Assembly (NCBI GenBank): GCA_030141605.1
Contig: JAQGDQ010000068.1
Coordinates: 62,001 to 126,000 of the forward strand
Length of the DNA stretch: 64,000 bases
Direction of reading: 5' to 3'
DNA from: Tubiluchus corallicola
Lineage: Eukaryota; Animalia; Priapulida
In this document: one piece after another, positions 51,587-64,000 of the stretch
Layout: every line of letters starts with the position of its first letter
How positions within the stretch are numbered: the stretch's first letter is position 1
Notes under the pieces: model-generated
The model's input: the letters and a program-made list of their open reading frames with translations, nothing else
Told to the model about the DNA's origin: nothing
Databases searched by the model: none
Made by a program: the position numbers and the translations under genes

Positions 51587-51893
51587 GTAAGACAGAGCAC
51601 TCAAAATTTATTTTGTTGCAATTAACGTATATGTATAAAAAATTAAGGTTATATATATTTGTCTATAATATGAGGGTGATGTATCACACATTAATTGTGA
51701 CTATTAAAGCACTATTAAGTAAATTATTCTAGTTCCTTAGTATCACCTGTGTGGTTATTGCTGACACTACAGCCAATATATAGTTTTAATATGAAAAATA
51801 GCGAAAGTTTGCAAATTTTGGATTATGGAACTTTTTATTGTGGCATTTTAGATTGCTTTTGTTGATACATAAGATTCCCACTTATCTTTTTAG

Positions 51894-51988
51894 TTTATGT
51901 GAGTGACGAAAAAGAAAGCGTGGGCCTTGCGTCTGAGTATTTGGAAACTAGGCATGCAAAGCGGATTTCTAAAACAATGGAATTAGAG
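51894..51988 (+). CDS. Carbohydrate sulfotransferase, exon 2 (stem region)
   Basis: tttttag acceptor, GAG|gtgaac donor; phases 1 and 0 link exons 1 and 3 in frame. Confidence 0.7.
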
Positions 51989-52181
51989 GTGAACTACTCG
52001 TTTTTCGAAATTTCAGTTTGGATTGAAAAATTTAATAGCTTTGCCATTTTGCACAAATTGGCGTGCCAAAGCAATAAGTGAAAATATGGCAAATATTTGT
52101 GTGAAACGAAACTAAATAACTACCGAATCTGTGCATCATATATGACTGCAGGGTCTTCTTTAATCTTTTTTATCTTTTTAG

Positions 52182-53087
52182 CTTGCAACACAGGCGAACG
52201 CCTGTGACGAGATGTGCAGTCGCAGGGAGAACGTGCAGGAAGTCTGCAACAGAATTCCCAGGGACTTTATTGAAAACAGTCAACGATACCAACACCATCT
52301 AGTGGTGGATGAACGACATCAACTTGTCTATTGCATGGTGCCCAAAACGGGAACTACAAACTGGCTTCGGACTTTCGTGGCGCTGAACGACGACGTCATT
52401 GCGGACCCGGTAAACGTATCTTTCGTCACCGCCCATTTTAAGTACAAAAAGTACCTTCGCTGTTTTGTTGACTATTCGTACGAGGAGCGCCAACATATAT
52501 TGGCAACTTATTTGAAGTTTATGTTTGTCAGACATCCATTTGAGCGATTATTATCAGCTTACAGAAGTATATTCGCCTATGAACCGAGTATTTATGATAA
52601 GCATGCTTCGAAATATAGGAAGCGACTAGCTGAAATATATAGGGGAAAAGATTTTGATAAACCAATAGAAGATATAAAAATTACGTTTACTGAATTTTTG
52701 ACATATATAGTCGATGACAAAACATGGATGTACGATCCGCTGTCTATCACGCCAACACAACATGGTGCTGTAAATCCTCATTGGGCCACTTACTTTGATT
52801 TGTGTAACCCTTGCCTTGTAAAGTATGACGTCATAGGTAAGCACGAGAGTATCAGTGATGACGCAGCTACAGTGCTGACTCAAGCAGGAGTCAATCACCT
52901 GTCATTTCCAAATGTTACCGAAACACCACACGGTAAAAGCCAGCAATTTCTGCAGGAGGCCTATAGCACAATCCATCCCGCAGTTATGGAACAATTGATA
53001 CAAAAATACAGATTGGACATTGACGTGTTCGCCTACAATCAAACATTATGGAAAAATAATGATTACAGTGAGCGTATGGAAGCATAA
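52182..53087 (+). CDS. Carbohydrate sulfotransferase (Sulfotransfer_2, CHST11-like), catalytic exon; total about 372 aa
   Basis: tttttag acceptor; 5'-PSB LVYCMVPKTGTTNWLR, 3'-PB KFMFVRHPFERLLSAYR, plus TFTEFLTY, NPHW...LCNPC.VKYDVIGK.E and Y..D...F.Y. Confidence 0.95.
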   Translation, partial: LATQANACDEMCSRRENVQEVCNRIPRDFIENSQRYQHHLVVDERHQLVYCMVPKTGTTNWLRTFVALNDDVIADPVNVSFVTAHFKYKKYLRCFVDYSYEERQHILATYLKFMFVRHPFERLLSAYRSIFAYEPSIYDKHASKYRKRLAEIYRGKDFDKPIEDIKITFTEFLTYIVDDKTWMYDPLSITPTQHGAVNPHWATYFDLCNPCLVKYDVIGKHESISDDAATVLTQAGVNHLSFPNVTETPHGKSQQFLQEAYSTIHPAVMEQLIQKYRLDIDVFAYNQTLWKNNDYSERMEA

Positions 53088-54759
53088 AATTGGCTACTTT
53101 TACAGGTGCCTCAAAGTCAGTGTGAGTTTTAGCAACGAAGAAAGTAATAATTAACTATCATCACATAAATTTTAGAAACAAAATTACTGGTATCATTTGC
53201 TTACGCAGTTGACTGTAACTCAAAAACCATGAAATAATAAACACGCATGCAAAAGATATTGGGAAACTAAACAAGCAAAACGAAACGGCAAAATACTGGC
53301 ACTGAAAGTACTGATTATTCAGCCTTTGATTTCATATTTGAAACTTTAAGACAATAGTTTCACAACTATTTTTGAGCAACTATTGAATTTATTTAAAATA
53401 ATTTTTGAAAACCATTTTTAGTACGTAACTTGTTTGTTGTCATACTGAATAATTCATCTTAAAATTTAATAATAACGTTTTCAAATGAGTATTACGTAAA
53501 ACATGAAAACAATAGTACCTAAAATGAGTGAATTGATGATAGTACCATGGAATCTTAAAATACAAACTTTCATTTTAGATTATTTTATTAGTTATTTTTA
53601 TTAATTATTTAATTTATTTATTTTTAAAGTTTCGTTAAAGTTACGAAATTACTCATGCTCTATCATTCAAAACATAACTTGAGTTAAAATTCAAAAGTAG
53701 GTCGAAAGTTATTATTACGGTTACCTGTTCGCTGCATTGTCTTACACTGGTCAACTTTCAAAACTTAGTCAGCTGTGAGGAGTACAACTTAACCATAAAC
53801 TTTCCTCTCACAGCGGAAAAAAAGAAAAGATCAGATCACAGCGCTGTGACGTTTATTTATTTTTTCGCAACTGCTATTAATGTTATAATTTAGCACAACA
53901 GGCAATATTACTCGTTTTTCAAGTTTTAAATTTCCTAGTTACTGAAACAGCCTCTCGCAATCGAAAACAGGAATGGATTATAAACTTGCACAACTTTCTC
54001 TTTTTATCTACTTTGTAACCGGAACCAAATAACATCTAAGCTGCGACGATTGTAGGTTTAAGAACTCAGGTGCAAAAACGCGCGATTAGTTACAGTTAGT
54101 CAGTAGTTACGCAATAGTTAATTTTATGTAGCTCGTTGAAAAAAGTATAAAATTGTAGAAGTTCGATTACAAAATGGCCTAAAAGCCATACACTGGTGTA
54201 GACCATGTGAAGATTCACGTAAAGATTCGTAAAACAATGTAAAGAGAAAACTATTTTACACATAAAAATGGTTTTGTCAATTACTAATCGGTGATTTTTG
54301 CATGTTCTGTGATGTTGTCTTACAAGAGCCAGCGGCAACTCAAACCTTTCGGTGAGTGATTTTCACAATTTAATATTTAACAGTTATTTAAAAAAATGTG
54401 ATGTTTCTCGTTCACATTGAAGCGTTAACTAGGGGTTATGCTTTCTCTTGATTTGGTATATTCATAAATATTTATCCGTCATAATTTGTCTTAAGAATAG
54501 AAATATTCAACCTAATATGTAACTGCTAAAGTTGCCATTTTGTAATACGCTACATGCACTTGTTCAACTCTAACTCATCCTGTAATTATTGCAATACATT
54601 GTGCACACTTTGTGGCAGTTTTTTTTAAATAGGGGAAATCTATGGTAAAAAGTTATTTGATAGGCATACGTTTGGTAACATAGGGTCTCATTATGTGCTT
54701 GAAGCGAATCTAAGTGTGGAAATATAGCGAATTATTTCTAATAGCTAAAAATAGTAACT

Positions 54760-55104
54760 ATGCAGAAAAACTCTAATGTTAATTTTTCAGTGCATATACC
54801 AAGGCCATTATTGAGACTTGCTTTGTGGATATTGGCTATCACCAGCATAGCCTACCTGAAATCTTCTCTGTCAGAAAAGCCATCCATCTTGGACAGAATT
54901 GACGTGTTAATGTTTTTCACTAATGCAGAAAACAGCGAGTCGCTGCGCACGCATTTGTATGAATGTGTTCAATCGATGACTCGCCACGCCACTGGGCCAG
55001 TGAAATTTCACTTTCTTGGCGACAGCGCCAGTGTTGCTGTTGCTTGGAACATTGTGCGAAACGTATTTCAGCGTACACCACACTCACCATCCTTGCAGTA
55101 TAAG
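54760..55104 (+). CDS. XXYLT1: XXYLT1-like GT8 xylosyltransferase, exon 1 (TM anchor; start uncertain)
   Basis: TM segment LLRLALWILAITSIAYL; DVLMFFTNAE...SM.RHA...FHF.GD.AS..VA; donor AAG|gtaaac at 55105. An acceptor-like tttttcag at 54789-54790 means the real start may be in an upstream exon. Confidence 0.8.
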
Positions 55105-55539
55105 GTAAACTGAGTTGTCATAATGCAATATTTTTGTCAAATGCTCTAAAACCTGTATAGGTAAAAATCACTATCACTGATAGCAATGATTACGTTATGA
55201 TTACTTAAGCCACAATTCGACAGAACCTCATCAATGTGGATGATTGTGGCAAGACCGGAATCTCCCTCATCAAGCGTTTAAAATGAGACGTTCAATAGAC
55301 AAAGGTGTTTAGCTACATTCAGATATTACTGCATTCTCTTTTTATCAGGCAAGCAGCCAAAAATAAACGCCGTGACCACTCGGTTATTCCCTTTATTTCA
55401 GGGAATTTCATTTCATTTTATGCAATTCACTCTTGTCAAGGTGAATCGCATATGATTTTTGTCTCTTGATGATGGTGACGTCAAAAACGACGATATTGAT
55501 GAGCATTTTGTAGATACAGCTGGAAGTACTGGTGGGGGT

Positions 55540-55634
55540 GATGATGATGATGGTGGTGGTGATGCCGTTGTTGTTGTTGTTGATGATGATGATGATGACG
55601 ACGACGACGATGATGATGAGATGATCATCATGAT
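55540..55634. repeat. Compound (GAT)/(GGT)/(GTT)/(GAC) microsatellite
   Basis: Direct reading; in the XXYLT1-like intron just before the LINE. Confidence 0.85.
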
Positions 55635-55813
55635 GGACAGCAATCAACAAATTATAACTTGGAAAATAAACTGCTAGATTATATTAATTATATATTTGAT
55701 TAGTCTTCCAAGTTTTTCTATTAATAGTAGAATAAACCCACAATTATTTAATTTTTGAACCTAAACTTGTTGGAAGGGAAGCAATTTGCAAAAATACGAG
55801 CCGAGCCTGGAGC

Positions 55814-58800
55814 TTGGCTATCCATTATAACCCCGGCAATTTAAACAAGAATTTTTCTTTTTTCCATACTAATGTCAGAAGTTTGTTAGCTAACAATGAA
55901 TCCTTCAAACTCGACGAATTGAAGTTAATTTCAAATGAAAATCTGTTTGATATTTTAGCGCTTACTGAAACATGGTTATGCCCTTCAGTTAATATCTCGG
56001 ACATATTGATCCATGGTTACCAAGTCCCTTTCCGTAAAGATCGTAATGGCTTGGGAGGGGGGATACCTTTTACACCAAGAACGGATTTATTTTTTAATAC
56101 TAACTTTGAATTCATGTGGTTTCAAATTAATCTCACCAACTTAATTTTATATATGTGTGTCTGTTACCGGTCTCCTACTCAAGATGCTTCTACCGAGGAT
56201 GAGTTTATAAATCAGTTACAATTGTCTCATGATATGCTAATTAGCAGCTTATCAAACGTTCACTATGCAATCATATATATAGGCGATTTTAACGCCAAGT
56301 GTGCAGTATGGTACCCTCCTGATGGGGAAAATCGTTTTGGTTCCAAATTATATGCATTTACTGTTCAGAATCAACTTTCACAGTTAATAACACATCCTAC
56401 CCGTGTTTCAGATATGTCTAGCTCTTTGATTGAATTATTTTAACTGATGCTACCGGTTTAATAACAGAGGGTGGTGTCATGTGCCACATAGAACCGTAAC
56501 CATTCGGCCTTAGGACAAGTTGTGGATGAACAGCTACGTCAGAAAATTAAGAAAAGCTAAAGAAAAATCACATAAATTTCTACAAACTGCATCAAACTGC
56601 TGAATCTTGGGAGAAATACAAGCCATGTAAAAATACCTATAATAATTCTTTAAAAAATCTAAATCTGATCATATGAAGAAACTAAATACTAAATTACTCG
56701 ATCCACAATCATGCCCCAAGGCCTGGTGGAACGGTGTCAAATCATTTTACAAAAGCAAACATGACTTCGTTATTCCACCACTTAAAGTTAATAACTGTAT
56801 TATAGCTGATACCAAGCTCAAATGTAGTATATTTAACAAATTTTTTGCTGATAACTGTAGTGTAAATTGCGGTAATGCCGTACTTCCTCCTTTCTCTTTG
56901 GTCACTGATAGTGTTTTGTCAACTGTTAACCTGTCTGAGCATATAGTTAGTAATTCTTGAAATGTGCAAAAGTCGGTAGATCAACAGGGCCGCATAAGTA
57001 ATATTGTTTTGGAACAATGTTCTCAGTCGCTTTCTGTGCCTTTAACGTTATTATTTAAAATGTCTGTTAACAATGGAATGTTCCCGTCAGTATGTCAGTA
57101 TGGAAAACAGCTAACGTTACTCCTGCATTTAAAATGGTGATAGAGAATTGGTTACTAATTATAGGCCAATTTCTCTACTTTCCCATGTTTCTAAAATCTT
57201 GGATTGTGTATAAAGAACTTTATAATTATCTTGTTATTGAAAATAATCTGCTGAATGAGTGTAATTCTGGTTTCAAGCCAGGAGATAGTACAATCAATCA
57301 ATTAGTATCCATTGTCCACAAAATATACTCTGATCTAGACGCTGGATATGAGGTACGGATATGAAGTAAAGCATTTGACAAGGTCTGGCACAAAGGTCTC
57401 ATATTCAAATTATCCCAGCTTGGCATCAGTGGTCCCTTACTACGTTGGTTAGCTTCTTATTTATCTGGAGGTAGTCGACAAGTAGTTATGGAAGGTGGCT
57501 CATCAGATTCTTTGTCATTGGCTGCTGGGGTGCCTCAGGGCTCTATTTTGGGTCCTCTTTTGTTTCTTGTCTATGTAAATGACATTACTCATAATATACA
57601 GTGTGACATATGTCTTTTTGCCGACGATACTTCCACAGATGCAAAGTAATGCTCTTCTCTCGTAAAATCCAGCAACGTCATCATATGCCACTTTATCTCA
57701 ATAATGTAGCTTTAAAACATGTTAATTATCATAAGCACCTGGGGATATATTTTACATACGATCTAAAATGGGAACAACATGTAAACGAGATCATCGCAAC
57801 AGTTCAGCCAAAGCTAGGAAACTTGCGAAGTCTAGCCACTATAGTGCCGCGTTCAACTTGTGAATTCTTGTTCAAAACTATTATTTTACCCACTTTGAAA
57901 TACGGTAATATCGTATAGTCTGGACTCGGTCATAATGTTGAGTCCCTGCTTGATAATATTCAGTTGAGTCCGGAGCTATGTCAGGTTCCAATCATTCAAA
58001 TCTTTTGTTCGAAGCAGGACTGGCCCCCTTTTCTAAGCGCTTCCAATATTTCCGTTTATGTGCCTTTTATAATCGTGAATCAATTAGCTCCCCACTACCT
58101 TTTTAATATTTTGCCTCCTCGTGTAAGGGATATTACACCTGCCACTCAACTGCTTTTGATAATTCTTTCCTTCTTGCCTCAGTTAAATGCTGGAATAGTT
58201 TACCTCTTGATACCCGTAACTCTAACTCTTTAAACATCTTTAAATCTCGACTAAAAAATCACATGCGTTTTAATAAGCGGCCTACTTACTTACGTACTCG
58301 AAATTCATCTGTACACCATACTAGAATGAGAGTTGATTTTTGTCAACTTAATTATGATTTGTACTTCAGAAAATGTAAAAATTACGATGGGTCGCTAGTG
58401 TCACCCATTTGCCAATGCAGTTCTACTTATGAAACAGTCGGTCATTACTTAATTAGCTGCCTACTTACTTACGTACTCGAAATTCATCTGTACACCATAC
58501 TAGAATGAGAGTTGATTTTTGTCAACTTAATTATGATTTGTACTTCAGAAAATGTAAAAATTACGATGGGTCGCTAGTGTCACCCATTTGCCAATGCAGT
58601 TCTACTTATGAAACACTGAAACTACTTATTCTACTTTGCCCTCTTTATCATCAGGCCAGACACGACTTATTTACAAATCTCTGCACTCTTTTGTCAGCTT
58701 TTAACATCAATGTTTACAGTCTTGCAACAAATGAACTTGTACGTTTGTTCCTGCACGGGAACCATACCCTAGATAATTCTGTGAACACTCAAATTTTTGT

Positions 58801-59000
58801 TTTAGTGCAGTCTTTTATTTCAAACACCAAGCGCTTTAAATAGTATTAAGTTTGTTATTCTTGTTACATATTAATGCTTATATTTATTGTAACATTTTTT
58901 GTACATTGTTTTCACCATTGTTCTGCATCTGTCTAGCGTTCGCTCCCACTAGGGGAGAACATACATCAGTTGTAAAACTATCTGTTTCAAACTTAGATGT
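55814..59000 (+). mobile_element. CR1/L2-group LINE ORF2 (APE endonuclease, RT, CCHC C-terminus), decayed, within the XXYLT1-like intron
   Basis: Endonuclease HTNVRSL, LALTETWL, RKDRN..GGG, VCYRSP, GDFNAK, PTR; RT WKTANVTP, SGFKPGDST..QL, KAFDKVWH, GVPQGSILGPLLFLVYVND, LFADDT, KHLGI; C-terminal CQC...ET..HY...C. Many frameshifts, stops and internal deletions. Confidence 0.95.
58280..58615 (+). repeat. 157-bp identical direct repeat (58280-58436 and 58459-58615) inside the LINE
   Basis: gcctacttacttacgtactcg...cttatgaaaca occurs twice with a 179-bp offset. Confidence 0.95.
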
Positions 59001-59173
59001 TACACCTTCAATAGATTATGTATAAACCAAGCTTGTAATCCAAAAGTTCCTGGCTAAAATCCGGGATCAGCCTCGACCTTTTTCACATTTCGTTTCTTTT
59101 TGTCAAGCTTGGTTTAAAAATTTAAATAATTTTTATCGGTTTATCCCGTCAGAAGGCATGTTATATTTTACAG

Positions 59174-59857
59174 CTAGCAGGCTACGATATCGAAAAGGTC
59201 ACCCAGGACGTTATTGATGATGTCAAGTATCTGCAGCAGATCTTTAGAAGCCGCCGCAAGACGTTCCTTCTGTTCAACGATTACTACTATTTCGTCCCGT
59301 TTGCCATATACAAGGTATTCAAGCTAGAAAAGGTAATTAAAGTTGACGTCGACATGAGATTTCTTGCTGATATCCGTCAACTCTGGCATCACTTCAATAT
59401 GTTTGGCCCTCAGACGGTGTTTGCTCTGGCACCGGAACAGCAACCTACCTACTTCCGGCAGTTGGCCAGGTTTAGAGACTTCTCAACTGATGATACGATT
59501 GGAACACCTTTACCAGACGGACGTCCAGGCTACAATGGAGGATTGTACCTTATCCATATTAGAAACATGAATCAGTCATCAATCTACAAGCAAGTCATTC
59601 GAGAAGATCATCTCAAGTCACTTATCTTGAAATACTTTTTTGTTCGACCTCATTTAGGCGACCAGGAAGTGTTCAGTTTGCTGGGGTTTGAATATCCGCA
59701 ACTTTTTCACACTCTGCCTTGCTCTTGGAACAGGCAGCTATGCAGGTCGTATGCTAGATCTAGATGGGTTTCCACGCCGCTGTTTCAAGCATACTACAGG
59801 TGTGATAAACCCGTGAAACTGTATCACGGTAACTGCGCCACTGCTTTTCCTCTGTAA
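59174..59857 (+). CDS. XXYLT1: XXYLT1-like GT8 xylosyltransferase, catalytic exon
   Basis: ttttacag acceptor, phase 0; DxD motif KVDVDMRF, EQQPTY, G.PGYNGG, HLGDQ, LF..LPC.WNRQLC, YYRC...VKLYHGNC.T.FP, collinear with XXYLT1. Confidence 0.93.
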   Translation, partial: LAGYDIEKVTQDVIDDVKYLQQIFRSRRKTFLLFNDYYYFVPFAIYKVFKLEKVIKVDVDMRFLADIRQLWHHFNMFGPQTVFALAPEQQPTYFRQLARFRDFSTDDTIGTPLPDGRPGYNGGLYLIHIRNMNQSSIYKQVIREDHLKSLILKYFFVRPHLGDQEVFSLLGFEYPQLFHTLPCSWNRQLCRSYARSRWVSTPLFQAYYRCDKPVKLYHGNCATAFPL

Positions 59858-62800
59858 TAGGAAACAGATCGGTTCATATTGTAAGTGCTCTTGATTAAAC
59901 CTCGATTGGATATAGGTAACTTTTACTTGTGCAATATGCAATAGTTATACGATTACTACTACTGTATTTCCAGGTTTGTCGCTTAATAAAAAGCAGGAAG
60001 TTATCATTACCGATTTTGTAGCGGTAATCTATGTAATAGCAAGATAATGAATAGTTAAAACCAGTTTTTATGCTTGACAAGTTGTTTTAATTCGGTGTTA
60101 TTATTATTATTTTTAATTTCGTTAGACACGCTAGACAAACATTTCGTACATTTAGAAAACCAATATTTAGAGCTATTCCTGAAATTCTTAACTGCTATAG
60201 AGCCGTGATTTTACAAAATCGCAGCATATTTAATTACAGCGCAATCGTAGCATGCACTATTTTAAGTTAGTGATCTTACTAAACATTAGTTCCTGACTTG
60301 ATTCTGACTCAACAAAATTTTGTTTAAATTTACAACTCTTATTTCAGTGTTTATGTTTTATCTAATTTATTCTATCTCGACTTTTGACATTTTAAGTTGA
60401 GCACATAAATGCTACGCACAAAGAAAATCGGTAATTATGTTGTCATTTATTTGTTCCGGTTCATTATCTACGATAAATAGTCAAATCAAATTTATTAATC
60501 ACACGCACTGCTACAAAAGCCGTTGGATATTTGCTTCTGAGTTTTTTTTACATTCATTAAAGTTTTAAGGCTTTTGGTACAGAATAGTAAAGACTGTTAA
60601 TTTGTTATTATCATTTATCACCCAAGTTTTTATTTTACAGCACATTAATAGTTTACTACTTTGTCCACATCGTGGCGCCACACCGTGTGTGAAGTGCTGT
60701 TCTTCAATTCAAGTGCAGTATGTTACTGGTATAAGATGTTCTAACTTTTTTCAAGTGCAGAAATCTTTTCTTACACAAAAACGAATTTCAATTTTGTGTG
60801 TTGTCACTTTATCCATTTTCTGCAGCTTGCTTTCTATATAATCTAATAAATTTAAAAACTGAAATTCACAATTTCTATGAAAGGGGTGCAGATTCTTAGT
60901 TTGCCCCTGTTCTAATAAACGCTTTGAGGCAGAAGTACAGCTTTTTTTATTATTTTGGCAAATCGAAAGATCCCTTTAACTAGAATAACAGTAAAGATAA
61001 CGCAATCCAGGTATACCCTCGAAACTAGTATTAGTAAGAAAATGTTGTTCAGTGAGACAGGTATTACTTTTCTTATTTTCTACGGAGTTTCTTGACACAG
61101 CAAGCAGGAAGGCTGCACTCTGGTGCAGGGTCTACTCTTAACATTAACTGGTTGTGGCGAGACTAGAGCCTAGCTCATTCTCTATAACAGCAATCTAAGA
61201 TGAGAAGCTGAACCGGCTGCGATGCATTAGTACATTAGCGGTTCATACAAAACATCTTCCCTCAACGAGACATGGATGAGGCGTTATGGCAGGTAAAACT
61301 TTCCAGTGTTCTGCACAATGATATAAATTAGATAAATAGTAATTAAGAAATGACTTTAATCAAAGTAATTACAGTAGAACAAATCAATCAAGCAGACTGT
61401 ATACGTTTTAAAAATTATGAAATTCGATAAATTTTTAAATGCAGGTAATAATGCATAAGTAGTTACAATATAATTAATTACGCAAATGTAGCAACACTTG
61501 TGGACACTGACAGTTATGAACATGTTTGAATTTTTTCATTTCTAAATAGCATCTGAGTTTTTTGTCGTTAAACTTGCATTTTAGTGGATGTGAAATTTTG
61601 CCGCTACGTACATGGATGCAAAACACCTTATATCAAACACCACAGTGCCATTTTTCAGGCGTGTGGAGCCTGTAAGGTGCATCTTATTTCTATAGCGTGA
61701 AAAGAAACGGAAGCTTCGGAAAAAGATTAAATCTAGCACAACGTTTTCCGAAGTTTTCTTCTTTTTTCCGAAGTGTCTCATCTTTCAAATTTTGATATCA
61801 AACTTTAATTAATCAAATTTTAATTAATTGTGGGTTTGTAAAATCATTAATAATAGTATTGACATTAAAATTATAATAATTAACATGCAACACCTTCGTC
61901 GGTCGTGTTCGAAAATCAGTGCGAAGATGGTGGTGAAAGTAGCACATCGTAGACAGATTTTAAGATGATCTATTTTACCAGAGAGCTGTTTTTTACAACC
62001 ACCTTTATACAACCAAGCAAGACATGTGCTGATCAATCTGTCTTGGTGTGCACACAACTTCCTCAGCGGTTATAAAAATAATATAATAACACTTGAAAAA
62101 AGAAACTGGACACCATGCATCTGGGCCGTTATGGGTAATTGGTTAAACAGATGTTACCAATGTGAACATTCAAGATGAAAAACTACAGCCAAAACAAGCT
62201 CTCAGTGCTGATCTGTTTTCATTGATCTCCCAGTCTGGAAAGAAAAATAGCGCTGCATTTTTTCAGGAAACGGATGAGGAATGTAAATTTAAGTTAAAAT
62301 GAAGCCCCCACCTTAAGATCAATTAACGTTCATCATTAGCTAAAAATAATGTTTATTAGACATAGCGTCTTTCTTGACATTCTTTGCTCTTTTACTACAG
62401 AAATTAATTCTTATAATGTTCTACAAATGATGACTATTTACGTGTAAATATTGTAAATAAATCAGTTAATAATGAAATTAAGAATTAGAAAATGGTTCAC
62501 AAGACTGTTTGTCGGGAAATTGGCCACTACTCTGAGGTCCTCCAGAAAAGTTTGCCATTAGGTCCAAAGCTCATTATTTGCTGTTGGCTGCCCTGGTATG
62601 AACCCGAATCACACAGTAAAAAACTACCCAAGTTGCCTATTTTGTCTGAAAATAATTTGCTAAAAAAGTCGTATTAACTAGCTGAAATGTGCCTTTTAAA
62701 AAACAGTGCTTCTTCATGTTTTACGAACATGTTTCTGTGACTTTTTACGTGTAATTTTTTGTATAAATATATTTACTTAAATACAGAATTATCAATAAAG

Positions 62801-64000
62801 CAACAAGCTGCGTAACTCAAGATTCTTCTGTATAAGTATTAAAAAAATTAATACACACTCGCACCCACTATAAAGACACTTACAATTATAAAAAGAAAAT
62901 TACCTATTTTTACAAATAAACATTGTAATATTTGAAATAACTGATGTGAATCGGACAAATTATATAAGAACAATAAGCTCAATAAGCTGCAAAAATGATG
63001 TCCAAAAGTTGCAAACCAGCTTAGAGCAGAATCAAGACAGAATCAGCATGTGGCAGGTTTATCAAGATACGATGTTTTGATATTAGCATTATAAATAATT
63101 AATTATTAAGATATGGGTCACTATGAGCCTGGGTCACGATGTGCATAGAGTGATTGATAACTAGCTACTATGTAATCACGCCTTAATGTAATATTCTGTT
63201 CTGCATGTGGGAAAACATGTGATTAAACCAAATCGGTTCGTCGTAGACAGGACAGAGGCATTTCTGCTGGAGTGGGTGGTTTGGATGTTGCAATTCAGGT
63301 AAAAAAAATTTACGCAGAAGGTTTAGCGGTGCCGTCCTGTATGTAATTATGTAGGAAATCACACCCTCGGGCGGCACTAGATTGTTGTTTGTTGCCATAT
63401 TTACAAACTTACTACAACTGTGTACATTGTGGGTTAATGTGGCACTCAATTGCGGCGCAAATTGCCGCTTGTGTTGTAATGCGAATCTGAGTCATGAAAT
63501 TATTACTACTCAAGCTAGCAGGTCGATAATATCCTAGGAAAAATATCTGAAATGTTTTGTCATGAAGCCATCATCGCTATGTGGCACAGTAGCGGTCAGG
63601 GGCCACTGTCTTGAAAAATGTCTCGAAATCTTATACGGTTAACCCATTTTCATTTTTTCACCTTTTGATTTTATTTCCAATTTGAGTAATATTATGAGTC
63701 TATTTTTAGTAAAACTTTTAGCATGGTGTGTTTTAGTCCATATAAATAGCCTATTTGGCTAATGTTTTTTCGCTGTACACTTAACTTTAAATAAAGATTA
63801 TGTAAGTATGTATGAAGGGCCTGCTCATGACTTAAATATAAAATGCCATCGTAGGCCTATATTTGTTAAAACACAAACGTAAATATCTCGAGTATGTAAT
63901 TTTTAGAATGCCCTTTTTTATTAATACGAAGTGTAAATATTTCATCTAATATATGCATATGCAGCTCAGGATCTATTTCAAGCTGGTCAACATAATTATG

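Noticed and set aside
63183-63449. 88-aa minus ORF and a possible + strand exon ending cag|gtaaaa at ~63297
   Set aside because: No family motif and no partner exon visible within the window.
1-64000. CRISPR arrays, operons, tRNA genes or full rRNA genes
   Set aside because: Eukaryotic spliced locus; the repeats are microsatellites with no spacers, I found no tRNA cloverleaf, and only a partial 5S-derived fragment is present.

Overview
AT-rich, intron-containing animal genomic DNA, most likely a protostome invertebrate (inferred from the nAChR types; no prokaryotic features). Six spliced genes can be built by hand with GT-AG introns and consistent phases: (1) a 5'-partial non-alpha (beta1-like) nicotinic acetylcholine receptor subunit (+, 245-16766); (2) a TEX47-like BLUF-fold protein (+, 27150-28528); (3) a complete nAChR alpha subunit (+, 30578-43346); (4) an EXTL2-like GT64 glycosyltransferase (-, 47639-44959); (5) a CHST11/HNK-1ST-family carbohydrate sulfotransferase (+, 51469-53087); (6) an XXYLT1-like GT8 xylosyltransferase (+, 54760-59857). 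Introns and intergenic DNA hold decayed LINEs, an internally deleted PIF/Harbinger transposon, a Penelope-like remnant and microsatellites. Most notable observations: a ~190 bp palindrome made of two inverted minimal hammerhead-ribozyme motifs, inserted in a LINE (23000-23192); a second hammerhead in a Penelope-like remnant; a 5S rRNA-derived fragment fused to a (TAAG)n tail inside the alpha-subunit intron; a beta-to-alpha nAChR tandem with vertebrate neuronal-type exon structure; a loop C Tyr-to-Phe change in the alpha subunit; and a compact trio of unrelated glycan-modifying enzymes. All calls come from reading the sequence by eye; no database searches were run.
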